A stretch of DNA of 64,000 nt, from the NCBI GenBank assembly GCA_964016885.1, contig OZ024750.1, positions 24,800,001 through 24,864,000 of the forward strand, read 5' to 3'. The notes under the pieces are model-generated. The model made no database searches. It saw only the letters and a program-made list of their open reading frames with translations, and was not told where the DNA came from. Below, piece by piece: positions 41,240 to 53,836 of the stretch. The stretch is from Eledone cirrhosa (Eukaryota). The translations under genes and the position numbers were made by a program. Numbering within the stretch: the first letter of the stretch is position 1; every line of letters begins with the position of its first letter.

Positions 41240-42280
41240 CTGAGGACCGGGTGCTGGTGTTAAACTGGGTAATAGTTTAAGTCTACCACCCAAGGACCAG
41301 GTGATGGAGTTAAACTGGGTAACAGATTAAGTCTACCATCCAAGGGCCAGGTGATGGAGTTAAACTGGGTAACAGATTAAGCCTACCACCCAAGGGCCAG
41401 GTGATGGAGTTAAACTGGGTAACAGATTAAGTCTACCACCCAAAGGCCAGGTGATGGAGTTAAACAGGGTAACATATTAAGCCTACCACCCAAGGGCCAG
41501 GTGATGGAGTTAAACTGGGTAACAGATTAAGCCTACCACCCAAGGGCCAGGTGATGGAGTTAAACTGGGTAACAGATTAAGCCTACCACCCAAGGGCCAG
41601 GTGATGGAGTTAAACTGGGTAACAGATTAAGTCTACCACCCAAAGGCCAGGTGATGGAGTTAAACAGGGTAACAGATTAAGTCTACCATCCAAGGGCCAG
41701 GTGATGGAGTTAAACTGGGTAACAGATTAAGCCTACCACCCAAGGGCCAGGTGATGGAGTTAAACTGGGTGACAGATTAAGTCTACCACCCAAGGGCCAG
41801 GTGATGGAGTTAAACTGGGTGACAGATTAAGCCTACCACCCAAGGGCCAGGTGATGGAGTTAAACTGGGTGACAGTTTAAGCCTACCACCCAAGGGCCAG
41901 GTGATGGAGTTAAACTGGGTGACAGATTAAGCCTACCACCCAAGGGCCAGGTGATGGAGTTAAACTGGGTGACAGATTAAGTCTACCATCCAAGGGCCAG
42001 GTGATGGAGTTAAACTGGGTAACAGATTAAGTCTACCACCCAAGGGCCAGGTGATGGAGTTAAACTGCATAACAGATTAAGTCTACCATCCAAGGGCCAG
42101 TTGGTGGTTTTTAACTGGGTAACATTAAATCTACCACCCAGGGACAAGGTGATGGTGTTAAACTGGGTAACAATATAAGTCTACCTCCCAAGGGACAAGT
42201 GGTTGTGTTAAACTGGGTATCAGATTAAGTCTACCACCCAAAGGCCAGGTGTTGGTGTTAAACTAGTTGACAGATTAAGT
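41240..42280. repeat. 60-bp minisatellite (about 17 copies)
   Basis: Unit caagggccaggtgatggagttaaactgggtaacagattaagcctaccacc and variants, with degenerate edges. Confidence 0.95.
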
Positions 42281-42714
42281 AGGCTAGCAAGAGATTTGAG
42301 CTCAGATCACAAATAGCCCAAACAACTACTTCTGTTCCATTCTGAGAGATCTTTCATCAACTTCATTGAAGTCCGTGAGGCAAGCTTGTTTCATTACCTA
42401 GCTTGGTGAACTCAGATTTTGATTACATTAACTTCTTTGCCTCATCAACAGTCAGGTTTAGAATTTCTGCATACTTCAAGCAGGGACCCTTATAGTATCT
42501 TCTGGTTGGTTTGACAAACAATGATTTCTTTGTGTGTATTGAATCTTATGCTTGGCATATATGTCAGATATACTTGAGAGATTGTATATAGATGAAGTTT
42601 CGTAAATTTGGTGGGGGAGGGCAGGTTCTTGATAATATTTTGTATTTCTATGTTAGTGTATACAAAATGTATTTTCCTTTATCATGAGAGACTCTGCTCC
42701 AAATGTTTGTATTA

Positions 42715-43035
42715 GGATTTAAAGCGGCCAAAGTTAGACTAACTCTCCTATTTGGAGGTAATATTTCAGGAATTCTGAAATCAAAACTAATGATAATCTA
42801 CGACTCAGAAATACGCCAGCCATTGAATAGATTAGATAAATTGCGAGGGATTTGAGCTTTCAAACACGAATTTAGATATGAGACAAACATTTCTTGCAGT
42901 TGTGCACCACCTCTGCACTGAGAATGGTTTATCATCCAAAGTTATTCTTCAGTTAAGCAATGCTCCTGGCCATCCTCCAAATTTTGATAAAGTTAAGTAA
43001 ACTTCGTTTATATGTCTCCAAATACAACATGGCCT
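42715..43035 (+). mobile_element. Decayed Tigger/pogo DDE transposase fragment
   Basis: GFKAAKVRLTLLFGGNISGILKSKLMIIYDSE (compare GFKAAKDRLTLLLGGNASG), KVILQLSNAPGHPPNF and YMSPNTT (compare LLLDNAPGHP...LPPNTT), with stops and frameshifts. Confidence 0.8.
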
Positions 43036-43245
43036 GTGGAAATATAGTCGTTGAGTCTCATTATGGAATTCTTAAGGAAAGGAAAAGAAAGACAAAAACA
43101 AATTACTGGATTTATTTCTCAGAAAACTGTACCTCATTTAACCCGGTCTGACATCGTTCAACGACCCCACAATTAGGGCTTATCATCCCAGGAATAAATA
43201 TCTCTCTCTCTCTCATATATTCATATATATATATATATATATATA

Positions 43246-43439
43246 TAACACAAAGAGGGTGTGGTAAAATACCAGGTGGACCATAACCCACCAGAGTACT
43301 CGATACTTGGAGGAGTAGAGTGGGTAATATGAAAAGATTCGGGACCCCGACGGCTGAGCTCCGGCCGTTTCGACAGCTCGTTCGGATTTAGCTGCCGAAA
43401 CGGCCGGAGCTCAGCCGTCGGGGTCCTGACTCTTTTCAT
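43246..43439 (-). mobile_element. Family A fold-back element (divergent subfamily)
   Basis: Reverse-oriented tail plus the inverted repeat ggaccccgacggctgagctccggccgtttcg...cgaaacggccggagctcagccgtcggggtcc. Confidence 0.7.
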
Positions 43440-43835
43440 ATATATATATATCCGCCTTTTGGGATTCTTTCTCACGTCGTGTAGACGCGTTCTTGAGACT
43501 AGTAAAATGAGGTATCCTCTTGATAAGTCGGCAGACCTCGCAAGGACTCTATATCTTTGATATATTGTTTTTGTTTATGCCACGAAACTACGTAGTCGAG
43601 GAATTTAGGAACAGTTTAGGTATGATACATTTTATTACTAATTATATCTAAATGTTTCTTCTCTCTTCATAATGTATTTTTAACTCTGATACTGGTTCAG
43701 TCTAGTTCAACTGAATTGGTCTGTCCCAGTCATTCATTGAGCAACATCGGTGAAGTTGGCACCCTTAACTCACAGTTGGGTGCGGATGCATTCATGTATA
43801 TATGTGTGTGTCCGCATATATCTGTGTGTTTCTAA

Positions 43836-43877
<42 letters not shown>

Positions 43878-44003
43878 ATCGTATATAAAGTTAATAGGTG
43901 TGTAAGGGGTGTGAAGCCTTAGAGTTTCAATGTGGTTCAGATAGAATTTTATGAAGCGGTTCAAAGGTCGAATTTTTTGTCGTAAATGCAAGTGTGGCTG
44001 GTG

Positions 44004-44052
<49 letters not shown>

Positions 44053-44095
44053 CAAAAAAAAAGAGAATCAGTGTTGCGACGAATGGAATTTATTG

Positions 44096-44191
44096 GACAT
44101 ATTACAATCGTTTCTCTGGCGACCAGTTCGAGGCACGATCGATGTGATGATCGAACCTGACTCTGAAAATCGCAAGGTCCTCAGATACGTC
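44096..44191 (-). ncRNA. Type I hammerhead ribozyme motif with long stem II (family C)
   Basis: Minus strand: gacgtat CTGAGGA ccttgcga...gttcga...tcgaac...tcgccaga GAA ACGATTGT A^ atatgtc. 7-bp stem I, near-palindromic stem III, GUA triplet. The base of stem II is imperfect. Confidence 0.72.
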
Positions 44192-44484
44192 TTAATTCTA
44201 CGAAGCAGATTTTCCTAAATAGATATATATATAATGAAAGTCGAATAAACCACTTTTATTTTTGGTAAGGTGCAATAAGCTCAATGGGTTGACAAAGTCG
44301 ACAGCAAGCAGGAATCCAAGTCAAAGTTGTTACTCCAAGGAGTACTAGTGGGAAAAGACAGTATAAGCCGCAGAGCATCACTAGTTTGTATATATAAAAC
44401 CCTCTTCCTGCTATATCAAGCGTTAACCTAATATATCCCTTCCATATACTATACCGATTGTGTTGTTATTTCTGTTTACCTTTT

Positions 44485-44524
<40 letters not shown>

Positions 44525-44796
44525 GTTTGTTTAATTTCTTAATCATGGTGAAACGGCAGTCTGACCAAAACGTAAGTAAAATGATATTTTCTTTTTTTCT
44601 TTTTCTTTTTTTTTTGCTTGCTATGTTCTTAATATTAATATACTAAATAGTATTACACCTAAATATGATTTTGCATAGATTTTAGCCACTATAAAGCGTA
44701 TTTGAGCCGATTTATGGTATAATATGATTGAAATAATTGTTTCTACTTTAGGCACAAGGCCAGCAATTACCCAGTGCATTACTGTTATATTTTCTT

Positions 44797-45143
<347 letters not shown>

Positions 45144-45180
45144 GTGTGTGTGTGTGTGTGTGACATAAATCTTTCTTTAG

Positions 45181-45321
45181 GCGTGTTTAACATCTCACAG
45201 TCTGTCGTAAATGTAATTGTGACTGGTGATAAGAGAAAGGGTCTGAAGTTATGGTGGTTAAGAAAGGTCAGTTTAATAGGAACTTCAGGAAGTGGAAACA
45301 GTGAAGGGGTTATCGGCGAGG
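45181..45321 (+). other. Possible exon (phase 1-1) of an unknown transcript
   Basis: Acceptor ctttctttag|, strong donor G|gtgagt and an open 141-nt frame. No recognisable domain. Confidence 0.25.
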
Positions 45322-46780
45322 GTGAGTAAAGATGTGAAGGCGCATGGCTGAGTGATTAGAGTATTGGATTCGCAATCGTGAGGTTTTGATTTCGATTCCT
45401 GGACCGGGCGATGCGTTATGTTTTTTAACAAGACACTTTATTTCACGTTGCTCCTTCTGCCTAGATTTGTGACCGACAGATTGTATTAGCAATTGGAAAG
45501 GCCAATTTTAAGGAGTGAATAAATTAGATATGTGACGAACATGTTTATAGATCTTGTATTAGTTACAAATTACTTTCGTGCAGTTAACTGCATAAATGTA
45601 AAAATAAGAAGTTTAAAATCTAACTTATTAAATCTCTTTCAAACATTTTTGGCGGATTTAATTATAAATTAAGGTACAGAAACGGCGGCTATTGTTTTTG
45701 TGTTATTGTGTTATTTTGTTATTTTATATAAAATAAAAGGGAAATAACTCTAAATATTTAGTTAAGAACTGTTATTTCCCTTTAAAATTATTGATATTTT
45801 GTTTACGCTTTATTTTGTATCGAAAGGAGTGTCTGCTGTTAATATATGAAATGAGAAGGGATATTTGAATATTAGATTGGTTAAACAAATATATTTAAAT
45901 GTTGTCTTATTCATACATTTTCAACCTGCCTAGAGGCAGTCATTAGAGCGTAAGAGAAAAAGCTCTGCAGTATTCATTCCAACTCACTCCGCTCTGAAGT
46001 CAACTTTACTTTTCGTCTTTTTTGGGGTTGATTAAATATAGTACCAACGAAGAAAAGGGATTTTAGACGATATTCCTTGCCTTATTTATTCCGGCTTTTT
46101 ATGTTCTGAGTTCAAATCTCACTGTGGCCTGTATAGGTGACACACATGATCTTGCACCCAGTTTAACACCACCGCTGGGTCTAGAATACTTTTAACTGAG
46201 TCCATTATGTGTCATGTCCACCTTTAACAGGGCCCATTATATGTTATGTCTCTGGCTACACATGAGAATTAATTCTATGATTTACTCAGCTAATTAAAAC
46301 AACCTATTTAATTCAAAAGTTCGATTTGACACCCTTAATATAAAGACTCTGCTTCTGCAATCAAAGCAAATTTCATTTTATTTAGTGTTGAATAACTGAG
46401 GTGTTCGTTAATCTCTTTTACAGCTAAAAAAATCAACCAGTACTGAAAATATAAGACCAATTCTATTTACAAGTCAGACTGGAAGACATTTAATTAACTT
46501 GGGCTAAAGTTTTCCCTTGAATCGCGCTGAAATGATTCTCGTGTTTTTTTGTTTATGCTTCTTTCACTTGTCAGTTTGTCCTTCCCAAATCCGACACGAC
46601 TTTATTTTCTGCAATTTTAAATGTTACACTATGTTCCGAGCCTTCAACCTTATGGCATGTTACATTTTGCAAATTTATCACACACAGTTTTGGCTTATCG
46701 CTCGAGTTCGCATGTTTATTTGTATTGACCACTTCTTTTTAAATACATATTTAATTCAATTTTCTTCTTTTCCACTGCAG

Positions 46781-46833
46781 ATAGCAATGAACAGCGGAGA
46801 TGGACGTCATGTTTCTGGAAATCCAAAATATAG
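46781..46833 (+). other. Possible terminal exon, phase-compatible with 45181-45321
   Basis: Strong acceptor ttttcttcttttccactgcag|. Reads (D)SNEQRRWTSCFWKSKI*. Confidence 0.22.
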
Positions 46834-47334
46834 AAAGAAATAGGAAAACGAAGAGACGAACTTGTAGTATTAAAACCCTGTTCGTTAATGGAATATTTAG
46901 AAGTTCATAAAGATAGTAATAGTGATATAATGATTTGTAGTATAGGCACACGACCAGTAATCTTTTTTTTTTTAGGGGGGGGGGGGCTCGATTAAATCGA
47001 TCCCAGTATGTGACTGGTACTTTATTTCATTGACCCCGTAAGGATGAAAGGCAAAGTTAACCTTAGCGGGATTTGAACTCAGATCAGATCATAAAGGGCC
47101 GTAACTCTATGCTTCAAAGCATGGTGTCCGACTCTCTACCGATACTGCCAATCCACCGCCCTCACCACCCTAGTAGTAGTGATATAATAGCTAAAGCTGG
47201 CAATATAGAAATAATTAGTTCTCAGAGAGCCAGAATGAATATTATGAAGTATTGTATCCGACGATCTAACCACTCGGCCATCTAAAGATTCTCCACCTTT
47301 CAATTATTAAACACTGAAATTTAATCATGTAAAG

Positions 47335-47692
47335 CAGAGGTTCTCAAACACCACCCCCCCTCCTCACGGCCACGTAATACACTCAGTGCCCCCACCCCTA
47401 TTTACAGAAAGACCTACCTACACGCAAATTGTAAATAATATATTATAGATAAAATCTTTAATTTATATATAATAAATAATATAATATATACTATGTATAA
47501 ATAAATAATAAATAATATATACTATGTATAAATAAATATATATTTTTTATTTTACTATATTTATATATATGTCATTTGATTTTTAATATACTATTATATC
47601 ATCTGTAGTGCCCACCACTACCACCTTAGACCCCAGCGCCTCCTGGACCTTCTCAGCGTCCCCGGGAGTGGGGGGCACTTTGAGAACCTCTG
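47335..47692. mobile_element. hAT (Charlie-type) MITE
   Basis: TIRs cagaggttctcaaa / tttgagaacctctg with a perfect 8-bp TSD ATGTAAAG (47327-47334 and 47693-47700). Confidence 0.92.
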
Positions 47693-47949
47693 ATGTAAAG
47701 GATAAGAGATGTTTGGAAACTAACTTGAGAAGTTGAAGAACAGAAACAGGTAGAGCGAACATTAACAGTACACTTGAAATATAAATATCTTCCTAGAAGA
47801 TCAAGTGTTTGCATATTTACAGTATTGAATGAGGAGTACTACGACAAAGTAATAGCGGAACGACAGAGATAAAATAAGTAGCAAATGTTTTACATCGTTA
47901 CTCTATAATAGAATGAACTCTATAGATAATAAACACAACCACAAGGATA

Positions 47950-48250
47950 TGGTCCGAACTCCCACTGTCATCGCCTCCATCTCTCTCGCCCTCCCCATCT
48001 CTCTGTATGGTGAGCAGATGGGGTCCCTCGTGCTGGCCTCCCCACAGCCCCGGCGGACAGAATGGAGAAACCGTTTCCCCGGAGGATGGTAAGGGAGATG
48101 CGCTGGAAGAGCCATTCCAACTCGCGAGGCTCGTACCTGCGGTTGGCCAGCTCAGCGCCTATGGTGGTAAGTAGGGAGCTGACCCTAGGGCCAAGGACAC
48201 CAGAAGTCTCCACTGCCAAGGACACGACCGCAAACCTGTCGGAGAGCGCT
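47950..48250 (-). mobile_element. CRE-clade non-LTR retrotransposon 3' fragment (restriction-like endonuclease)
   Basis: GC-rich island. The minus strand reads ALSDRFAVVSLAVETSGVLGPRVSSLLTTIG...ELEWLFQRISLTILRGNGFSILSA, with the AVET.G..G and LFQRIS..I.RGN motifs typical of CRE elements. Confidence 0.75.
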
Positions 48251-48415
48251 GTTGTTTCAGTTGTTGTTTAAATCCCATGGCAGTGTTGATTAGATAGGCC
48301 TAGGATCAAAGACGTTCCTTCCGCGAACATTCCGCCTTTTGTTGAAGCATTGTATAACTAGGACTAAACATCAAACATGTATTTTACTTTTTAAGACACT
48401 GGAATATTTGTTGTA

Positions 48416-48471
<56 letters not shown>

Positions 48472-48505
48472 CTAGGTCTGTAATTTATTTATATATATAT
48501 ATATA

Positions 48506-48613
48506 TAACAAAGAAAGTGTGGTTAGAAACCAGGTACACCATTACTCACCAGAGTACTCAATACTTAGGGTAGTAGAGTGGGTAATTGGAAAAGAGTCGG
48601 GACTCTTTTCCTA
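48506..48613 (-). mobile_element. Short family A copy with small fold-back
   Basis: Tail plus the hairpin ggaaaagagtc-gg-gactcttttcc. Confidence 0.65.
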
Positions 48614-49063
48614 TGTATATATATATATAAGTTTGTGTGTATGTATGTATGTATGCGTGTATGTATGTAGGAAGCTCAGACGCAGAAAATAACTGTAAAC
48701 ACAGTCGATGTATATATGTGTATGTATGTATGTATGTATGTACGTATGTGTGTATATATGTGTATGTAAGTATGTACGTATATGTATGTATGTATGCATA
48801 CATGCGTACGTATATGTATGTATACATAGTATATATATATATTTCAGACCTGATATTTTAAAGAAGCCATATTTCAACACTGTCAAAAGGGGTCGTTTGG
48901 GGGTTAAACTATTTCTTCAATTAAATCTTGACAAGATGTGATTTCACTTTTAAAAATGTTTTCATATTGTGAATAATAACGCTAACCTTTAAATTTCCAT
49001 TGGTATTTTTAAATGGCACACACACACACACAAACACACACTCTCACACACACACGTATTGGG

Positions 49064-49323
49064 GTGTAACATAAATTCCTACCGTTGTTATAAAACTTCT
49101 TAATAAAAAAAACGGCGGGAATTTATGTTACAAACAAATAAATATATATATACATATATACATACATATATATACACAGTGTGTTCGCTTTTTACGCGAA
49201 AATGCGTTCGTAAACGTGGCGCGTAAAGCAAATTCGCGTAATTCAAGTCTAATTTTCTGATAAATAAAAAAAATTAAAGACCACACGCGTTATAACGCGT
49301 TATTCGCGCAAAGTGAATCTGTA
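49064..49323. mobile_element. Tc1/mariner/Tigger-like MITE remnants
   Basis: Inverted repeat gtaacataaattcc...ggaatttatgttac (49065-49130), and a CpG-rich element cagtgtgttcgctttttacgcg...ttcgcgcaaagtgaatctgta. Confidence 0.4.
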
Positions 49324-49477
49324 TCAAACAGAGTGTTAATAATAATTGTTTTTACTTTAGGCACAAGGCCAGCAATTATCCAGTGCATTACTGGTACTTT
49401 ATTTTATCGACCCCGTAAGGATGAAAGGCAAAGTCACTGAAATGAAGTATCAATGTAATATCAATATATTTTTATTT

Positions 49478-49568
49478 ACACGTGACGCGCGTTTCGCAAC
49501 CGATCAGCTCAAGGTGCGATCAGTAGTGATCGGGCCCGACTCTGTAATCAATTGCTCATCTGATTTGT
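49478..49568 (-). ncRNA. Family C hammerhead motif with one core mutation (CAGAUGA)
   Basis: Minus strand: acaaat CAGATGA gcaattgat...atcggttgc GAA ACGCGCGT C^ acgtgt. 9-bp stem II base, palindromic stem III, GUC triplet. Has a U4->A change and a weakened stem I. Confidence 0.65.
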
Positions 49569-49693
49569 GGATATATACGGACTAGTTTACTTTGAGTAAG
49601 TGATAGATTTACTGGATCATTATAGATGGACCATGTTTGATTTTTAGGTCTCTTCGATCACGGCATAGCTGGAGCTAAACAACAACAACAAAA

Positions 49694-49727
<34 letters not shown>

Positions 49728-50049
49728 ACGAAACATGATTGTTTTTGAAATGACTTTAAATAAATTTTACAGATACAAAGAATATTTCCCCATATTAATT
49801 TCTCGAACACCCACAAGAGTGATGTTGATAATATAGTTGGTTATATCAACCCCAGTATATAGCTGGTATTTTATTTTATCAACCCAGCCTTAGACCATCC
49901 TATGCTCTGCCGTGCATCAGTCCGTCCACGTCCACAGTGTCCTCCATTGGGTTATAATCTGCTTTGCCTCACATCATGTCCGTCTGTCGCATTTAAGATC
50001 ATTTCCATTTTTTAATGTTTCTTTCCTGTGCCAGCATAAACTTTCTCAT

Positions 50050-50635
50050 GACTCGTTTACCACAATGGAGTTTCTTCCACTATCTCTGTCTTGTTTACCA
50101 CTATAAGTTTCCACTCCAACACCTATCTCTCTGTCTTGTTTACCACTATAAGTTTCCACTCCAACACCTATCTCTCTGTCTTGTTTACCAATATAAGTTT
50201 CCACTCCAACACCTATCTTTCTGTCTCGTTTACCACAATGGAGTTTCTACTGAATACCTATCTTTCTGTCTCGTTTACCACAATGGAGTTTCCACTCAAT
50301 ACATATCTCTCTGTCTCGTTTACCACAATGGAGTTTCCACTCAATACATATCTCTCTGTCTCGTTTACCACAATGGAGTTTCCACTCAATACATATCTCT
50401 CTCTCTCGTTAACCACTGTAAGGTTTCTTCCACTCATCACCTATCTCTCTGTCTCGTTTACCACAATGGAGTTTCCACTCAATACATATCTCTCTCTCTC
50501 TCGTTAACCACTATAAGGTTTCTTCCACTCATCACCTATCTCTCTGTCACGTTTACCACACTGAAGTTTCTTCCACTCCATCACCCATTTCTCCTGTATC
50601 GTTTACCACAATGATGTTTCCACTCCAACACCTAC
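50050..50635. repeat. About 45-bp minisatellite
   Basis: Unit gtttaccacaatggagtttccactcaatacatatctctctgtctc. Confidence 0.9.
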
Positions 50636-50977
50636 TTCTCTATCCATTCTCAATATATAATTGATTGATTCAAGCTTAGAGCATTCTCTCTAACCAATTT
50701 AATTCTATGACGAAGTCAAAACAAATTCGAATCTCATTAAGCTACAAATAGTCTGCATTATTTTTACAGGTTTGAGTTCAAATCCCACTGAGGTCAACTT
50801 TGCCTTTCATCCTTACGGGGTCGATAAAATAAGGCACCAGTAAAGCACTGGGGTAATTGTTGGCCTTATGCCAAAAGAGGAAACAATTATTTTTTATATT
50901 AAATCCTTATATCTTGCAAAAATATTTAAAATATCCCTATTAAAACATTTTATACAAGAATTTAATAGGGGTATACT

Positions 50978-51273
50978 CAGAGGCATAACTAGGGTATGTC
51001 AAGCAAGGCACATGCCATGGGCGCCACATGAAGGAGGCGCCACTTGGACTAGGAGCACGTTCTATTAAAGTCAAATAAGCCTCGTTGGAGAGTGAAAAAA
51101 GAAACTCCTTCAGATGTATGATCTGTTTCTGATTATCATGGGTGAGAACTCTATGGTGGCTGGATCATTAAACCATTTATATAAATTATTAGGCCCATAG
51201 GTAATAAAGTGCTGGGCAAGGGCGCAATTTCACTGCTTGTCATAGGTCCTATTTTCACTAGTTATTTTCTCTG
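50978..51273. mobile_element. Degenerate hAT-like MITE
   Basis: Ends cagaggcataactag / ctagttattttctctg. No clear TSD. Confidence 0.45.
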
Positions 51274-51764
51274 CTGGTACCTTATTTTATTCCATCACCA
51301 CCCGAAGGATGAAGGGTAAAATCGACCCCTATGGTATTTGAAATCAGAACGAAATGAGAAGTAACTAAAAACTGCTTAGCATTTTGTTCTCTGTTGTCGG
51401 ATCTAAAAATTAATAACTGTCTCATTCTTGTCATTTTATGAGAGGAAAAGATAATTATATATATAAAATAAGATGAAGTAATCTTTTTCTTCTTTTTTTT
51501 TAATCATCACGTAAATCCTTAATGCAACTTCCGCTGTATATAATTGCTTACGTGAACTTCTGATATTCCTGACAGTTACAATTAAACTTGCTCTTTCTAA
51601 CTCTTTCTAAATTACGACATTTGGATCGAGACAAATCTCTTAAAAGAGAATAACCAAGTAAGCGAATGAGAGAATAATCCTTCGAATTTAAATGAAATTC
51701 AGAATTTCTTTTCTTCTCACGCTTCTTGTGTGCTTTGTATTGTAACTGTATTTGTCAATAGAGC

Positions 51765-52290
51765 TTCTTTGTCACTGGGATAGATAACTAAATCAGGCTC
51801 GTTTGTCACTGGGGGACAGATAACTAAATTGGGCTCGTTTGTCACTGGGACAGATAACTAAATCGGGCTTGTTTGTCAGTGTGGATAGATAACTAAATAA
51901 GGCTCGTTTGTCACTGGGACAGATAACTAAATAGGGCTCGTTTGTCACTGGGACAGATAACTAAATAGGGCTCGTTTGTCACTGCGAGTAGATAACTAAA
52001 TTGGACTCGTTTGTCACTGGGGACAGATAACTAAATTTGGCTCATTTGTCACTGAGGGTAGATAATTAATCTGGCTCGTTTGTCACTGTGGGTAGATAAT
52101 TAAATAGGGCTCGTTTGTCACTGTAGATAGATAACTAAATCGGGCTTGTTTGTCACTGGGACAGATAACTAAATAAGGCTCGTCTGTCACTGTGTAGATA
52201 ACTATCGGGCTTGTTTGTCACTGTGGGTAGATAACTAAATAAGGTTCGTTTGTCACTGTGGGTAGATAACTAAGTCGGGCTCGTTTGTAA
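51765..52290. repeat. 34-36-bp minisatellite
   Basis: Unit gggctcgtttgtcactgggacagataactaaata. Confidence 0.9.
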
Positions 52291-52959
52291 TAACCAATAA
52301 TCATAAAACTCAATGGATGTGAGTCTTAAACCCCTGCTTTAGATTAAAGACGCTAAAGATAAGTAAATATAAAACTAAAAATATATAAAAGTTAAAAGAT
52401 CGATCTATTAAGAAAAACTTTCAAAATGGTCTGGGTGACATTTACTTCGATAAGAAAGAGGACACCTGTTACAACCAATGACCAATTTTGTATACGGAAC
52501 AGGATTCTAGTCAGGCCAGGTCAGCTGGCAACATGCAATGGTCATTTACTTGAATGTTCCATTTATCCGATCAACGAAACGGTCTGCTCGTGAAATTAAA
52601 AAGTGTCTGAGCATTCATCATGTACGTATTCCCTTAACGTAATTTTCAGAGAGATCCAGGATGACACAGTATGAAAAGGCTGGGCTTTTCTTTGAATTAC
52701 AGGTACAGTCTATCTGATTGGCTTCAAAACAGTTTCTAGCCCAAGATACGATGCTGTGGGTGAGGTGAGGTACACAAGATTTAATGATTGTGAAGTGAAT
52801 TTCTTATCAAATCGGTCTTGCTACTTCTACGTGTAATATTGTGAATTGGTCTATAGGAGCTGAGTGGTGGCCGAGAAGGAGGGGGGAGAAATATCTACAG
52901 AGGAATAAGATGCCAAATGAATGTATCCAACAGTGAAGCTGAATACCATAAGTTTAGTA

Positions 52960-53360
52960 TTGGTTTGTGATATAAGAATACTGTCATAAAGTCATAAAGT
53001 CATTTCTATTGCAAGACAGAGAGTTTGTGATATAAAAATATTGTCATAAAGTCATAAAGTCAATTGAATTACATGGCAGGGTGTTTGTAATATAAAAATA
53101 CTGTCATAAAGTCATAAAATCACTTCAATTGCATGACAGAAAGTTTGTGATATAAAAATTCTGTAATAAAGTCACTTCACTTGCAAGACAGAGAGTTTGT
53201 AGATTAAAAATACTGTCATAAAGTCACTTCACTTGCAAGACAGGGTGTTTGTGATATAAAATATAATCAGGAAGTCGTTTGAATTACAAGACAGGGTGTT
53301 TCTGATATAAAATATAGTTATGAAGTCAAAGTTATTTCAATTGCAAGGCAGAATGTTTGT
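52960..53360. repeat. Degenerate 50-61-bp tandem repeat
   Basis: Recurrent gtttgtgatataaaaatactgtcataaagtca...ttgcaagacag. Confidence 0.8.
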
Positions 53361-53379
53361 ATAAATCCGGATGTCATTG

Positions 53380-53640
53380 AGGATGAAGCGTGTCTAAAAA
53401 TACGCTGTTGCTGTTGTATTCGGCTTCAGTGACGGAGAAACAAAAGAGGCATTGAAGTTCTGTAAGAGGAGTTGTTGAAAGAAGAATATATATAAGAATA
53501 TGAGGAACTACTCCAAATGGAACCAACAGAGAAACCAGTTAGCGAGGTTTGTCCCAGTATGTTTAATTAGGCTATTAATGAATTTAGGCCAAAGAAGGCA
53601 GCAGGTTCATCAAACGTTGATGTGTTAAAAACACAAAGTT
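53380..53640 (+). mobile_element. Highly decayed RTE-like ORF2 fragment (just upstream of the RT domain)
   Basis: AINEFRPKKAAGSSNVDVLK resembles AI..MK.GKAAGPSG...EMLK. Confidence 0.45.
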
Positions 53641-53836
53641 CTGTATACCATATTACATAAAAATAACTGGAGCTAATTACGTAGAGACGCTATCAGCAAT
53701 AAAAAAAAAAGCTGGGTTAATCATAATATAGTTAATACATCAAAAGTTTAATTGAAAATAATTATCCAATGAGGAGAAGACAACAAAAGAGACAAGTCGG
53801 CATGTTTCGATCTTATTACACATCCTCCACATTTGT

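Noticed and set aside
41240-41300. CTGAGGA at the start of the 60-bp satellite, suggesting a ribozyme-bearing satellite
   Set aside because: There is no GAAA or NUH arrangement, and the motif is not retained in the repeat units.
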